A stretch of 64,000 nt of DNA from Thermoprotei archaeon (GTDB taxonomy: Archaea > Thermoproteota > Thermoprotei_A > Marsarchaeales > Marsarchaeaceae). A program made the translations under genes and the position numbers. Below the pieces are notes generated by a model. It did not search any database. It was not told where the DNA came from and worked only from the letters and a program-made list of their open reading frames with translations. Location of the stretch: the NCBI GenBank assembly GCA_038883995.1, contig JAVZLA010000002.1:5261-69260 (forward strand), given 5' to 3'. This document shows, piece by piece, positions 29,348-38,700 of this stretch (its first letter is position 1; the number at the start of each line of letters is the position of its first letter).

Positions 29348-30163
29348 TTGAGTGGGACAGAATTCGACGCTAAGATGAGGGAGATGCTTTCAGGGGGTCA
29401 GGCCTTCTGCGTAGCCACAGTGGTCAAGACAGTGGGCTCAACGCTCGCCAAACAGGGATTCAAAATCCTGGTTGATTCACAGGGGAACATACTGGCTGGA
29501 ACTCTCGGAGGAGCGTGCCCGGAGGGAACCGTCGCAGAGCTGGCATCCCAGTGTATTTCCAGAAGATCACCGCGTCTCGTAAAAGTCTTTTTGGAAGATG
29601 CCGGTAGGGCGGTGGCTGCGGCTACTGTTGAAAAAGATGACGAAATACATGTAGAGACTAACTGCGGCGGAAATATGGAAATCTTTCTGGACCCATATGT
29701 AGGACCAGAGAGGCTGTTCGTGTTCACGGACGGCGGCAAAGACGACGTGGCTTCTGCGTTCATAAAGATGGCTAAGCTTGTAGGCTTTGAGGTAAATCTT
29801 GTGGACCCTACAGAAACCGTTGAAGGTGCAGACAAAAGAACACCGCGGCCTGAGCTCAGCGGCCTGGACATAGGTGAACACGACTATGCGATAGTCCTCA
29901 CACGTGGCAAAACCGATATCGAAGTTCTCACAGAGGTTTCCAAACACAAGTTCGGCTTTGTAGGGCTACTGGCCTCCAAAACTCGCTTCGGAGCTGATAT
30001 CGAGCAGCTGCGTTCGAGAGGCGTTTCCCAAGAGTTCCTCGCTTCCATACGCTCTCCGCTGGGAGTCGACATAGGCGCGCAGACGCCAGCAGAGATAGCC
30101 GTAAGCATACTGGCGGAGGTTGTTGCGAAAAAGAGGAACAAAAGCGTGCAAAGAAAGACGTGA
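29348..30163 (+). CDS. XdhC/CoxI-family molybdenum hydroxylase maturation (accessory) protein
   Basis: FCVATVVKTVGSTLAKQGFKILVDSQGNILAGTLGGACPEG N-terminal domain and a Rossmann-like C-terminal half. Confidence 0.8.
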   Translation: MSGTEFDAKMREMLSGGQAFCVATVVKTVGSTLAKQGFKILVDSQGNILAGTLGGACPEGTVAELASQCISRRSPRLVKVFLEDAGRAVAAATVEKDDEIHVETNCGGNMEIFLDPYVGPERLFVFTDGGKDDVASAFIKMAKLVGFEVNLVDPTETVEGADKRTPRPELSGLDIGEHDYAIVLTRGKTDIEVLTEVSKHKFGFVGLLASKTRFGADIEQLRSRGVSQEFLASIRSPLGVDIGAQTPAEIAVSILAEVVAKKRNKSVQRKT

Positions 30164-30212
30164 AATTTGAGCCGCTCATAGAGCTTTCCGCAGGAAGACT
30201 ACAAGGAGCAGT

Positions 30213-30542
30213 TTAGTCGTTTTGACCTTTGTGTGCCTCACTGTAGTGTTGCAGAAGGTCTTCCATGGAATTTACGGGCTTGCCAAGTTCTTCCGAAAAC
30301 TCTGAAAGAATTTCCCGAATAACGGTTTCCGATGAGCTGAGAAACAACGTGCGGACGCTTGATTCGAAAGCAAGCAGATAAGCTTCTTCGGGGTTCTTGT
30401 CCGCGTGAACCTCCTGTTTCACCAAGCCGTCAGTGTGCTCCAAAAGATGTCTTGCCATAATCGAACCCACCACCTTTCCAGCGACGCGTCTGAGGTCCTC
30501 TCTTAAGACACCGGTTAATCCCGTGTTCTTTCTGGAATTCAA
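30213..30542 (-). CDS. hypothetical protein
   Basis: 109-aa ORF of helical character with no recognised motif. Confidence 0.4.
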   Translation of the reverse strand: MNSRKNTGLTGVLREDLRRVAGKVVGSIMARHLLEHTDGLVKQEVHADKNPEEAYLLAFESSVRTLFLSSSETVIREILSEFSEELGKPVNSMEDLLQHYSEAHKGQND

Positions 30543-30729
30543 CTTGAATATAACTGCCTGGGTTCAGCACTGTGAACAAGGATAAGCATAAGTCTTTTGC
30601 AGGTATTTTTACAGAACAGGTAACTTCGCGTACTCGGGTCTTGTAAGTTGTGGAGGCTTCGACGTGGTCAAACGGACCATGTTTCTGGAAGAGTTGATAT
30701 TGTTCCGGTGAAAGATACAAGGACACAAG

Positions 30730-31950
30730 TTGATCCAAAAAACTGGACGCATGCATCCGGTTGGCTCCCTGACCGCTCTCGGTGACGCGGTAGCGCTGAT
30801 AGATGAACTGAAGGTAACGCCTCTTCCACCGGTGCGAACAGACCTTATTCACGCACTTGGAAAAGTCAGCTACTCGCAGTATGCTAATGCGAAGCCCGTT
30901 CCCCGCTTCCCAAGGGCTACGTTTGACGGCTACGCCTTAAGGTCGTCGGATACGGTTAACGCTTCGTCAATCAACCCCGTTTCTTTGAAGGTGATAGGAG
31001 TATCCAAGCCAGGCTCACCATTCCTAGGAAACGTGGGGCCGTTGGAGGCTGTGGAGATACTCACAGGTGGACTGGTTCCCAACGGCGCGGACGCTGTGGT
31101 GATGGTTGAGAAAACCCTGAAAAACCACAGGAAACTGCTTGTATCGGAACCCGTGAATCCAGGCGCCTGCATGGACCCTGTAGGCGCTGACATTGAAACC
31201 GATCACATAATTATTAGGGCCGGAGAACAGATTGGTTTGGGCCATGTGATGGCTCTCGCATCTCAGGGCGTCGTGTCCATTGCGATTGCACCTTCCCCCA
31301 AAGTGCTTTTGGTGCCTACGGGTGACGAGATTAAGGAGCCGGGTTCAAGGTTAAGCGGCTCTCAAATCTACGACTCCAACACGCCTGCACTCACCTCTCT
31401 ACTTGAAAAATGGGGGTGCCGTGTTTACTTGCACAAACCCCTTCGCGATCGGCCCGAACTATTTGAGGGGCTGCTCAGAAAGGCATCCAGATACGACCTC
31501 GTGGTTTTTACAGGGGGGTCATCGGCAGGCAGCGAGGATTACTTGGAAGAGTCGGTTGCAAAAGTGGGGAGAGTACTGGTGCACGGTGTCGCGATAAACC
31601 CCGGTAGACCGACGCTTGTGGGTATGGCGGCGGGAGTCCCAGTGGTGGGTGTGCCAGGGCATCCTTCTTCAAGTATGGCGGTTGGTTACATGGTTCTTAA
31701 GCCGGTCCTAGAAAGGATTATCGGCTTCCGTATTCCTGAAACAGTGCTGGAACTTTCACTCGGAGTAGATGTCGAGTTAGACAGACATATGACCTACTTC
31801 CGTCCGGCCAAACTCGTCGATGGCCATGTTTACCCGACGTACCGGGGTTCGAGCATGATTTCAAGTTTCCTGGGAGCGCAGGGGTATTTCCTTGCTGAGG
31901 GGCCCAGAGATTTCAGAGCCGGCGACACGGTTTTGTTTCATTTCTTCTGA
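30730..31950 (+). CDS. moeA: molybdopterin molybdenumtransferase MoeA
   Basis: FPRATFDGYALRS, SGSQIYDSNT and VVFTGGSSAGSEDY motifs. The first ATG is at 30751. Confidence 0.85.
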   Translation: MIQKTGRMHPVGSLTALGDAVALIDELKVTPLPPVRTDLIHALGKVSYSQYANAKPVPRFPRATFDGYALRSSDTVNASSINPVSLKVIGVSKPGSPFLGNVGPLEAVEILTGGLVPNGADAVVMVEKTLKNHRKLLVSEPVNPGACMDPVGADIETDHIIIRAGEQIGLGHVMALASQGVVSIAIAPSPKVLLVPTGDEIKEPGSRLSGSQIYDSNTPALTSLLEKWGCRVYLHKPLRDRPELFEGLLRKASRYDLVVFTGGSSAGSEDYLEESVAKVGRVLVHGVAINPGRPTLVGMAAGVPVVGVPGHPSSSMAVGYMVLKPVLERIIGFRIPETVLELSLGVDVELDRHMTYFRPAKLVDGHVYPTYRGSSMISSFLGAQGYFLAEGPRDFRAGDTVLFHFF

Positions 31951-31979
31951 ACCTTCAAAGCCTTTTGAAGCCGAAGGAT

Positions 31980-32681
31980 TCAGACTATTGCATCAGTGGG
32001 TTTCCCTGAAGTTTCTTCTCCAACAAGAAACATAGGATCGCTTAGTACGCCAACGTATATTGGCGTCTCCTGAACGATCCACTTCCGCGCCTGTGCTTCT
32101 CTTAGCTTTCCAGTCACCTTGGACCACGCGGAAAGCGAGTCCGTTTCGTAAAGCACTACGAATTCCTGGTCGCCGAGACCAAACGAGTACGTTGTATAGG
32201 ATCTTATCCCCTTTGCAAGCGGGTGAGACCGTGCCATTCCTATGTGTTCGGCCATAATTTTCTTCCTCTCATCGAACGAAACCTGATACCAGTCTGCGCT
32301 TTTACTCATAGGGTACACTATCATGTATTTCATAGGCGGATTCCTAAGTGTGTCCGCGAGGCTTCCTCCTGGCTTTAGATAAGGAGACTCATCGTAAAGG
32401 GACATGACTCCGTAGACTCGTTTCGCATAACCCAATGAGGCCGCGGACAGTGCTTGGAACAACTCCGGACCCCTTGTCGGGTTTTCGTACGCGGTCCATA
32501 CGATGAAGTCAGAGTCGTACCGCATCGACCTGTAAAACTTCAACGTGACAGATTCCTTCTCGAAATTTTTTAAGACCGCGGAAATACGGGAAGTCGTCCT
32601 CGCCCTAAAAAGGGGATCGGAAGACCACCAGCTGTCACCCATACTGTAGACTGAGACGTTCATGTATATTTCGTCAGCCAT
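31980..32681 (-). CDS. chlorite dismutase-family protein (Cld/ChdC/HemQ-like)
   Basis: The 233-aa length, SADWYQVSFDERKKIMAEHIGMAR and EFVVLYETDSLSAW resemble the Cld-like ferredoxin-fold family. Confidence 0.65.
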   Translation of the reverse strand: MADEIYMNVSVYSMGDSWWSSDPLFRARTTSRISAVLKNFEKESVTLKFYRSMRYDSDFIVWTAYENPTRGPELFQALSAASLGYAKRVYGVMSLYDESPYLKPGGSLADTLRNPPMKYMIVYPMSKSADWYQVSFDERKKIMAEHIGMARSHPLAKGIRSYTTYSFGLGDQEFVVLYETDSLSAWSKVTGKLREAQARKWIVQETPIYVGVLSDPMFLVGEETSGKPTDAIV

Positions 32682-32815
32682 TTCCCTTTGGTTTATGGTT
32701 GACCCAGCCTCCTATTTGGCTTGCGGAAGCCAACACCTTTACCCTCGAGTATCGTTAAACAAAGTATACAGGACTAGGTAAGCCTTAAATCCGCTCTTGA
32801 GGTGTTTTCCGTGCT

Positions 32816-33553
32816 ATGATGTTGATGGTGAGCGTTCAGAACCTGGAAGAAGCAAAGCAGGCTGTCTTGGGCGGAGCCGACATAGTAGACGTCAAAAACC
32901 TTCAGGAGGCAATGGTTGGATCTAATTTTCCGCCTGTGATAAAGCAGGTAAGGGAGGCTTTTCCTGCTAATATCCACGTAAGCGTAACTTTGGGAGTTGT
33001 TCCCAACCAGGTTGGCACTGTGGCGCTAGCGGTCTATGGTGCCGGCGCTCTGAACGCGACAAGTGTGAAGGTTGGGTTCGTCAACACGGATTACGAAACA
33101 GCTTTGGACATATTGAAGGAATCTAAGAGGGCGCTAGAAGGTACCCGCACAAAGCTTATCGCCGCGACCTTCGCGGACAGCAAGCTTTACAACGGTTTGG
33201 AGCCGGAAGCGGTACTTCCTCTGGCTAGGGAGAGCAAAAGCGATGGCATCCTGATAGATACTCTGACTAAAGACGGTAGAAACCTGTTTGACTTCATGTC
33301 TGAAGATAAGCTGAAGTCTATTGTCCTGAGTTCAAAGGAGGAAGGTTTGAGCACGGCTCTTTCGGGCGCGCTTCGAATCTCCAACTTCGACACTTTGACC
33401 CGGATTAACCCTGACATAGTGGGTGTAAGGGGAGCTGTGTGCACGGATAACGACAGATACGCCGGAAGGGTGACCGCTTCAGCCGTCAGGAAGGTTAAGG
33501 ATGAACTTGAACTACGGGTGAGCGGCAAACTTAATGTTTTCGCCAGAAGCTAA
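32816..33553 (+). CDS. mfnB: (5-formylfuran-3-yl)methyl phosphate synthase MfnB-like (DUF556)
   Basis: MLMVSVQNLEEAKQAVLGGADIVDVKN closely resembles the MfnB N-terminus. TIM-barrel length of about 240 aa. Confidence 0.65.
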   Translation: MMLMVSVQNLEEAKQAVLGGADIVDVKNLQEAMVGSNFPPVIKQVREAFPANIHVSVTLGVVPNQVGTVALAVYGAGALNATSVKVGFVNTDYETALDILKESKRALEGTRTKLIAATFADSKLYNGLEPEAVLPLARESKSDGILIDTLTKDGRNLFDFMSEDKLKSIVLSSKEEGLSTALSGALRISNFDTLTRINPDIVGVRGAVCTDNDRYAGRVTASAVRKVKDELELRVSGKLNVFARS

Positions 33554-33568
33554 CACGGGGCGTGCGGT

Positions 33569-33823
33569 TTGGCAGAGAGTCACACCGTTATAGATGGGAC
33601 ACGAAAAGAGTGTCGGGGAGTGCTTGCTATGCTAGAACAGGTGGCGAAAGCAGGTTCACCGGTGAATGTGGAAGCCGTGGTCGCGAATTTCGTTGATAGG
33701 AGGGAGGTTGAAGAATGGGCGGTGAGGAAGGGGCATTTGGTTAAAGGTGTCCGGTCACGTGGATCATCTTACGTGATTGAGGTGCTGGTAAACCCTCAGC
33801 ATGGTTCTATTGGTGTGACTTGA
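33569..33823 (+). CDS. small TusA/SirA-like fold protein (tentative)
   Basis: 84 aa with a Cys near the N-terminus (KECRGVLAML) and the pattern ...EEWAVRKGHLVKGV...YVIEVLV, like TusA topology. The canonical CPxP is absent. Confidence 0.3.
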   Translation: MAESHTVIDGTRKECRGVLAMLEQVAKAGSPVNVEAVVANFVDRREVEEWAVRKGHLVKGVRSRGSSYVIEVLVNPQHGSIGVT

Positions 33824-35693
33824 ACCAGTTTAGGACCCTAGTGTACGCGTCTACGAAGTGTGCTTCCTCCCTGAATCCATGCCCTTCTCTGGGGTAAACT
33901 ATTAGAGACGTTTCAATGCCGCGGTCTTTCAGAGCTCTATAGAACTCATACGATTGGCCCACTGGGACATAGGGGTCCTGTTCTCCGTGCAGCAGCAGAG
34001 TGGGTGTCTTCACCTTTTTGACGTTTCTGATCGGTGAAAACCTGTCGTAGAGGTCGAACTCGTAGGGAGATTGTGCGTAGTGGATCTCGTCCCAATCAGA
34101 CAGGCATGAAGTTCCATGGAAACTGACCCAGTTTGAAATGCCGAAAAGCGCCGCCGAAGCTCTGAAGATCTCCGTCTGAGTGACAGCCCACATGCTCATG
34201 AATCCACCGTAAGATCCACCTGTTATGTATATCCGAGCTTGGTCTATCGAATAACGGGTCTGAAGCTCTTTCACACCGGCAAGGATATCTTGAAGATCCT
34301 GACCGCCCATATCACCCCGGTTGGCTTCTGCGAATGCTCGGCCTCTTCCCGTGCTTCCAGTGTAATTGGGATAGAACACCAAGAAACCCTGTGAGGCGGC
34401 CACCGTTCCCGTATCCATGTATGTCCATGATACAGAAGACGTTGGTCCTCCGTGAACCTGGACTATGAGAGGCCACTTGGAATCAGAAGAATAGTTCTTG
34501 GGCACGCGAACAAAGCCTGTAAGCGTGACGCCTCTTTCGTTGCTCCACTCAAAAGCATTCATTCTGACCTCTTCTGCTTCCTTATGACGTAGATGCGAAT
34601 TGAACTCGCTCAGCTTCTCCAGTCGATGATCGGAAAGATTCATCGACCAGAGTTCGGGAGGACTGTCCGCGCGCTGAGCCGAAAAGTAGACCTTACCCTT
34701 TGTAATCGCAAACTTGGGAACCCACTGTGGAGCCACGTTGGCTTCAAGCTGTGCCCTCTCCTGTACGCCACCTGTGGCTTCGCCCCTAAAGAATACTTGA
34801 CTGAACTTGCGTTTAGCTAAGAACAGGAAGGAAGCATGATCCAGCCATTCCGCCCAGGAAACCGAATAGGGAGCGCCTTCGGTGAGGTTAACAGTTTTCT
34901 TTCCGTCCGCAGTGGAGAGCATGAGGTCTCCGTTCTGTGATCCCCTGTCACTCCAGAGTGAACACGTATACAAAATGTGACGCGAGTCTGGTGAAACCCG
35001 TGGTGAGCCTAGCTGTCTGAATGATGGGTCAAACAGTTTCCGAACCTCCTTCGAATCCGGATTTATGGCCACCAGTCTTGACCTGTACCAGAATCGCTCG
35101 TACGGTTGATCTGAAACAACCGCGGCGACAAATGATCCATCCGGGGAGCAGTCGAATTCCCATACCTGTAGATTCGAAGTAAGTTTCTCAGGCACCCCCG
35201 ACTGGAACGGTATCCTCCAAAGTGCGCTGTAGTTGGGTTTGGCCTCGAATTCAAGTTCGTCGTGTAACTGATCACCAGCCTGCCTTTCAGAGGTTTCAGA
35301 CGCGAGCACGATGAGCGAACCATCATCGAGCCAGCGATGATCTGAAACCTCTCCATTGAGGTTGATCCTCCAAGGTTCTCCGCCTTGAATGCCTACCACG
35401 TACACCGAACTCTTTGGAGCTGCCTTGTCTCCGGAGTTTCTGTCGGATAGAAACGACACATGTTGCCCATCCCGGGATAACCTGGGAAGCCTATCAAAAT
35501 GCTCTCCTGATGTGAGCTTTCTGAAGCCTTTTCCCTGTTCGTAAACCCATATTTCCCTCTTGAACTCTGAGCCGGATTTCTTGTAGTCTGATCCTACAGA
35601 AACGGCTACCGTGCCTGTTTCAGCGACCGCTGGGTCACTTATCGATTTCAGGTGGAGCAGTTCTTCCAGATCCAATGTTATGTAGGTCATCAC
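33807..35693 (-). CDS. S9-family serine peptidase (acylaminoacyl/prolyl oligopeptidase type) with an N-terminal beta-propeller
   Basis: Nucleophile elbow GGSYGG, later GEQDPYVP and EGHGF (the Asp and His of the triad). Confidence 0.85.
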   Translation of the reverse strand: MMTYITLDLEELLHLKSISDPAVAETGTVAVSVGSDYKKSGSEFKREIWVYEQGKGFRKLTSGEHFDRLPRLSRDGQHVSFLSDRNSGDKAAPKSSVYVVGIQGGEPWRINLNGEVSDHRWLDDGSLIVLASETSERQAGDQLHDELEFEAKPNYSALWRIPFQSGVPEKLTSNLQVWEFDCSPDGSFVAAVVSDQPYERFWYRSRLVAINPDSKEVRKLFDPSFRQLGSPRVSPDSRHILYTCSLWSDRGSQNGDLMLSTADGKKTVNLTEGAPYSVSWAEWLDHASFLFLAKRKFSQVFFRGEATGGVQERAQLEANVAPQWVPKFAITKGKVYFSAQRADSPPELWSMNLSDHRLEKLSEFNSHLRHKEAEEVRMNAFEWSNERGVTLTGFVRVPKNYSSDSKWPLIVQVHGGPTSSVSWTYMDTGTVAASQGFLVFYPNYTGSTGRGRAFAEANRGDMGGQDLQDILAGVKELQTRYSIDQARIYITGGSYGGFMSMWAVTQTEIFRASAALFGISNWVSFHGTSCLSDWDEIHYAQSPYEFDLYDRFSPIRNVKKVKTPTLLLHGEQDPYVPVGQSYEFYRALKDRGIETSLIVYPREGHGFREEAHFVDAYTRVLNWFKSHQ

Positions 35694-35737
35694 GTTGTGT
35701 GTATATAAGCATTCGAGATTAAAGGAACATGGTTTCG

Positions 35738-38700
35738 CTAGGTGGCCGTAGAGGGCTGCTCCTGAGCCTGAGGCTTCGGGGAGTCTGCTGCACCAGTTTC
35801 CCCGGTGCTTCCATCGGGTGTCCGACGACCGTATCTGGTGTTCAACAAAACTATGACAGCCAAGACCAGCACCACGCCGAGAACCGAAAGCTGGAACACC
35901 TGGCCAACTAGTTGATGAGCCTCGTTGATCACGGTTAGGCTGAAGGAATATGTGAGTCCGTCTGCAACGAGCAGCTTCACCGTATAAGCGCCATCCGGCT
36001 TTGTCAGCTGGTTAAAAGGTATCTTTACAGTATAAGTTCCGAAACCAGATCGGCGGACGCTCACTGGGGTTGCAACACCGTTGACCCAGGCCTCTATCTT
36101 TTGAGGCGGAGGCGACTTCAGGTTCACTGAGATTCCTCCGGCAAGATAGTTCACAGTATGAGTGAACGACGTTATCTGCGGCGGTTCAGTTGACGACACA
36201 TTTACCACGCCGATGAAGGTGTCAGAGGTGTTGTATATCACGCTGTTTTCAGCCTCGACTCCATACCCCAGACTTTGAAAGATTGTTTGACCAACCGTCA
36301 GGTTTGAATCGAACGCGTACAGGCCCACCTGGGAGTCCGCTACCTGGGAGTCCACTATGTAAGCGTTGGATCCGATAAACCGGACGTCGGAGAGCTTCGA
36401 CCCGTAAATGTATACGTTGCTAGCGTCGACTGTGACGTTAACCAAGTCTGAGCCTATAAGGTTCAGACTCATGTTCTGAATAGTGGTATCCTGCAAGGAA
36501 ACTCCCTGCATTTCGTACCCCGACTGAGTTTCAGTAAGTAGCGGTATGCTCGTGTTTGAAGGCGAGATAAGTGGGGTGTTGACCAGTGTGTACGGTTGCA
36601 CTGTAAAATAGCTGTAGTAGGGGGAATCTCCTACTGCACCCGTTGTTTCGCCAGCCACAGTTACGCTCCAAGAGCCGGCAAGCTGTGCTACTGAAGACGC
36701 GCCGAAGTAGTTGGAGCCAAGGACCGAGGGCACACTGTAAGATGCTTCCCATAACCCCAGCTGAGATAGGTATACCATGGGTACACCTATAGAGGAACCG
36801 ACAACAGCAACTGAAGGTTCACGCTGGGTGGGCAGAAACGTAGCTGTAAACTGACCGGATGTGACAGGCGTGCCGTTAGGATACTCTATTCTTACCGCCA
36901 GATTCGCAGTTCCCCCCTCGACAGGGTTGTTCAACGAAAGCACGGTGTACTTCAAGGCCGGTTCTGATACGTAAATCGAAGTGTTATAGAATCCATATTC
37001 TGCTGGTTTGCTGCCGTTGTAGACTGACCTGAAAGCAACCGTATAGAATCCTGGAGAAACGTTCTGTGGAATTGTTATGTTGGCTGTGTGTAAGCCGAAC
37101 AAATTGTAGATGCCCAGTTGAGTTGTGTCCGGCGCCAAGGGAAGAAAAGCTGTTAGAACAGTTTTTCCACTTTCGCTGATGAATGACGCGGTAATGTTGG
37201 ATGTGAATAGTCCGGACAAAGAAGATGTTTCGGCTCCTGCTATAAGCGTCACAGACTGGCCCTGGGCGACGGATTCAACACCGTCTTCTACAGGAGGAAA
37301 AACGGCTGCCTCTAGTATTTCCCCAAAATATTCATAGGTGGAAACTGATCCGTTTTGCCCTCCTACACCGCCGTAAACAGTCATCGTGTAAACCCCTTGC
37401 GGGTAACCTGAGGGAAGCTGTGCGAAGCCTATGAAGTCGCCACCGCCGTTCGGCTGCAGGGGAACAGAAAACGAGTTTCCTTGAGCGTTGGCGAAGACGG
37501 CTGTGAAAGAGGCGTTTTGCACTGGGGTCCCGTTAGGGTAGGCAGCCAAAATCTCTACGGGGAAAGTTTCTCCAGGCCCAAGTGGAGCCGCATACGGGTA
37601 GGGGACCGGTTGAACAATCGAGAGGCTTAGACCGACATCTATCATACTCATCCCCGCACCAGAGTATCCTTGAGAAGTGCCGTTTACGAGGATCTCCCAG
37701 GTGTTGGGGGTTGCACCTTCTGGCACTGTAAACGAGCCGGACCAGCCTGAGTCAGTGTATGCTAGGCTGAACTCCTCGACAAGTCCGGTCGTCGACAGCA
37801 CGTAGCCTTTGAAGTTTCCTGAACTCACCTGCAGGCCTTCCGGGTAACTGATCTCAGCCTTCACATGAACGGTTGAACCATACGGGTACTGTGGATAACC
37901 CGATGTGCCGCCAACCGAGACCTGGATGGAGAGGTGCGAGGGTAGGTGCCCCAAAGCATATGCGAGCCCGTTTATGTCCGGAGAGCCCAAGCCGGTTACC
38001 ATGCTGTAGCCTTTAGAAGCATAGTACTGTCCGTTGGTACCGAAATAAACTGTGTTAAACGCCTGAGAATAGAGTGGTTTGTCGGCGTAGATCTCATAGA
38101 GCAAAGGATTCAGTAAACCCAGTTTGGTGTTGAGGAACTGGTCTAAGAGGGCTGTAGCTCCAGCCCATGTAGGTGTAGCCAGGCTTGTCCCACCTACCGC
38201 ATAGTAGACTCCTTCAGCAACTATTACCAAGCCCGTGTAGGGATTGGCGTCCGCTGAAACGTCGGGCGTGGCCCGACCTGGGCCGCTGACGACTCCATCC
38301 TGATACCACGGTTTGGGGAAGAGTATGCTGGATCCGCCTCCGGATCCAACTGCTTGTCCGAAGTATTGCGGTGAGAGACTCCAGGCCGATTCGCCCATGT
38401 ATCCTGTTCCGTTCGACAGGTTGTATCCGTACGTATCGTTTGAGTAAAGAGTTGTCCCTCCCACAGATGTAACAAACGGCGATGAAGACGGGAAGGATGC
38501 TCCTCCGTAGGACGTTGGCGTTCCACCGTATGAACCGCCGTCTCCGGAAGCCGCGAAGAAAGAGATCCCCTCGTCGGACCCAAGCGCAAAGTACAGGTTG
38601 GGGTATGAATAGCCGTATGCTCCGAAGCTGTAAAACCCTGTTTCGCCCAGCAGACTTTCGGAAAGACCCCAGCTCATCGATGTTATGTTCGCAAGGTCGT

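Noticed and set aside
30430-30852. 140-aa minus-strand ORF spanning the moeA start region.
   Set aside because: It overlaps both the 109-aa gene and moeA out of frame, has Arg/Cys/Trp-rich composition, and is probably spurious.
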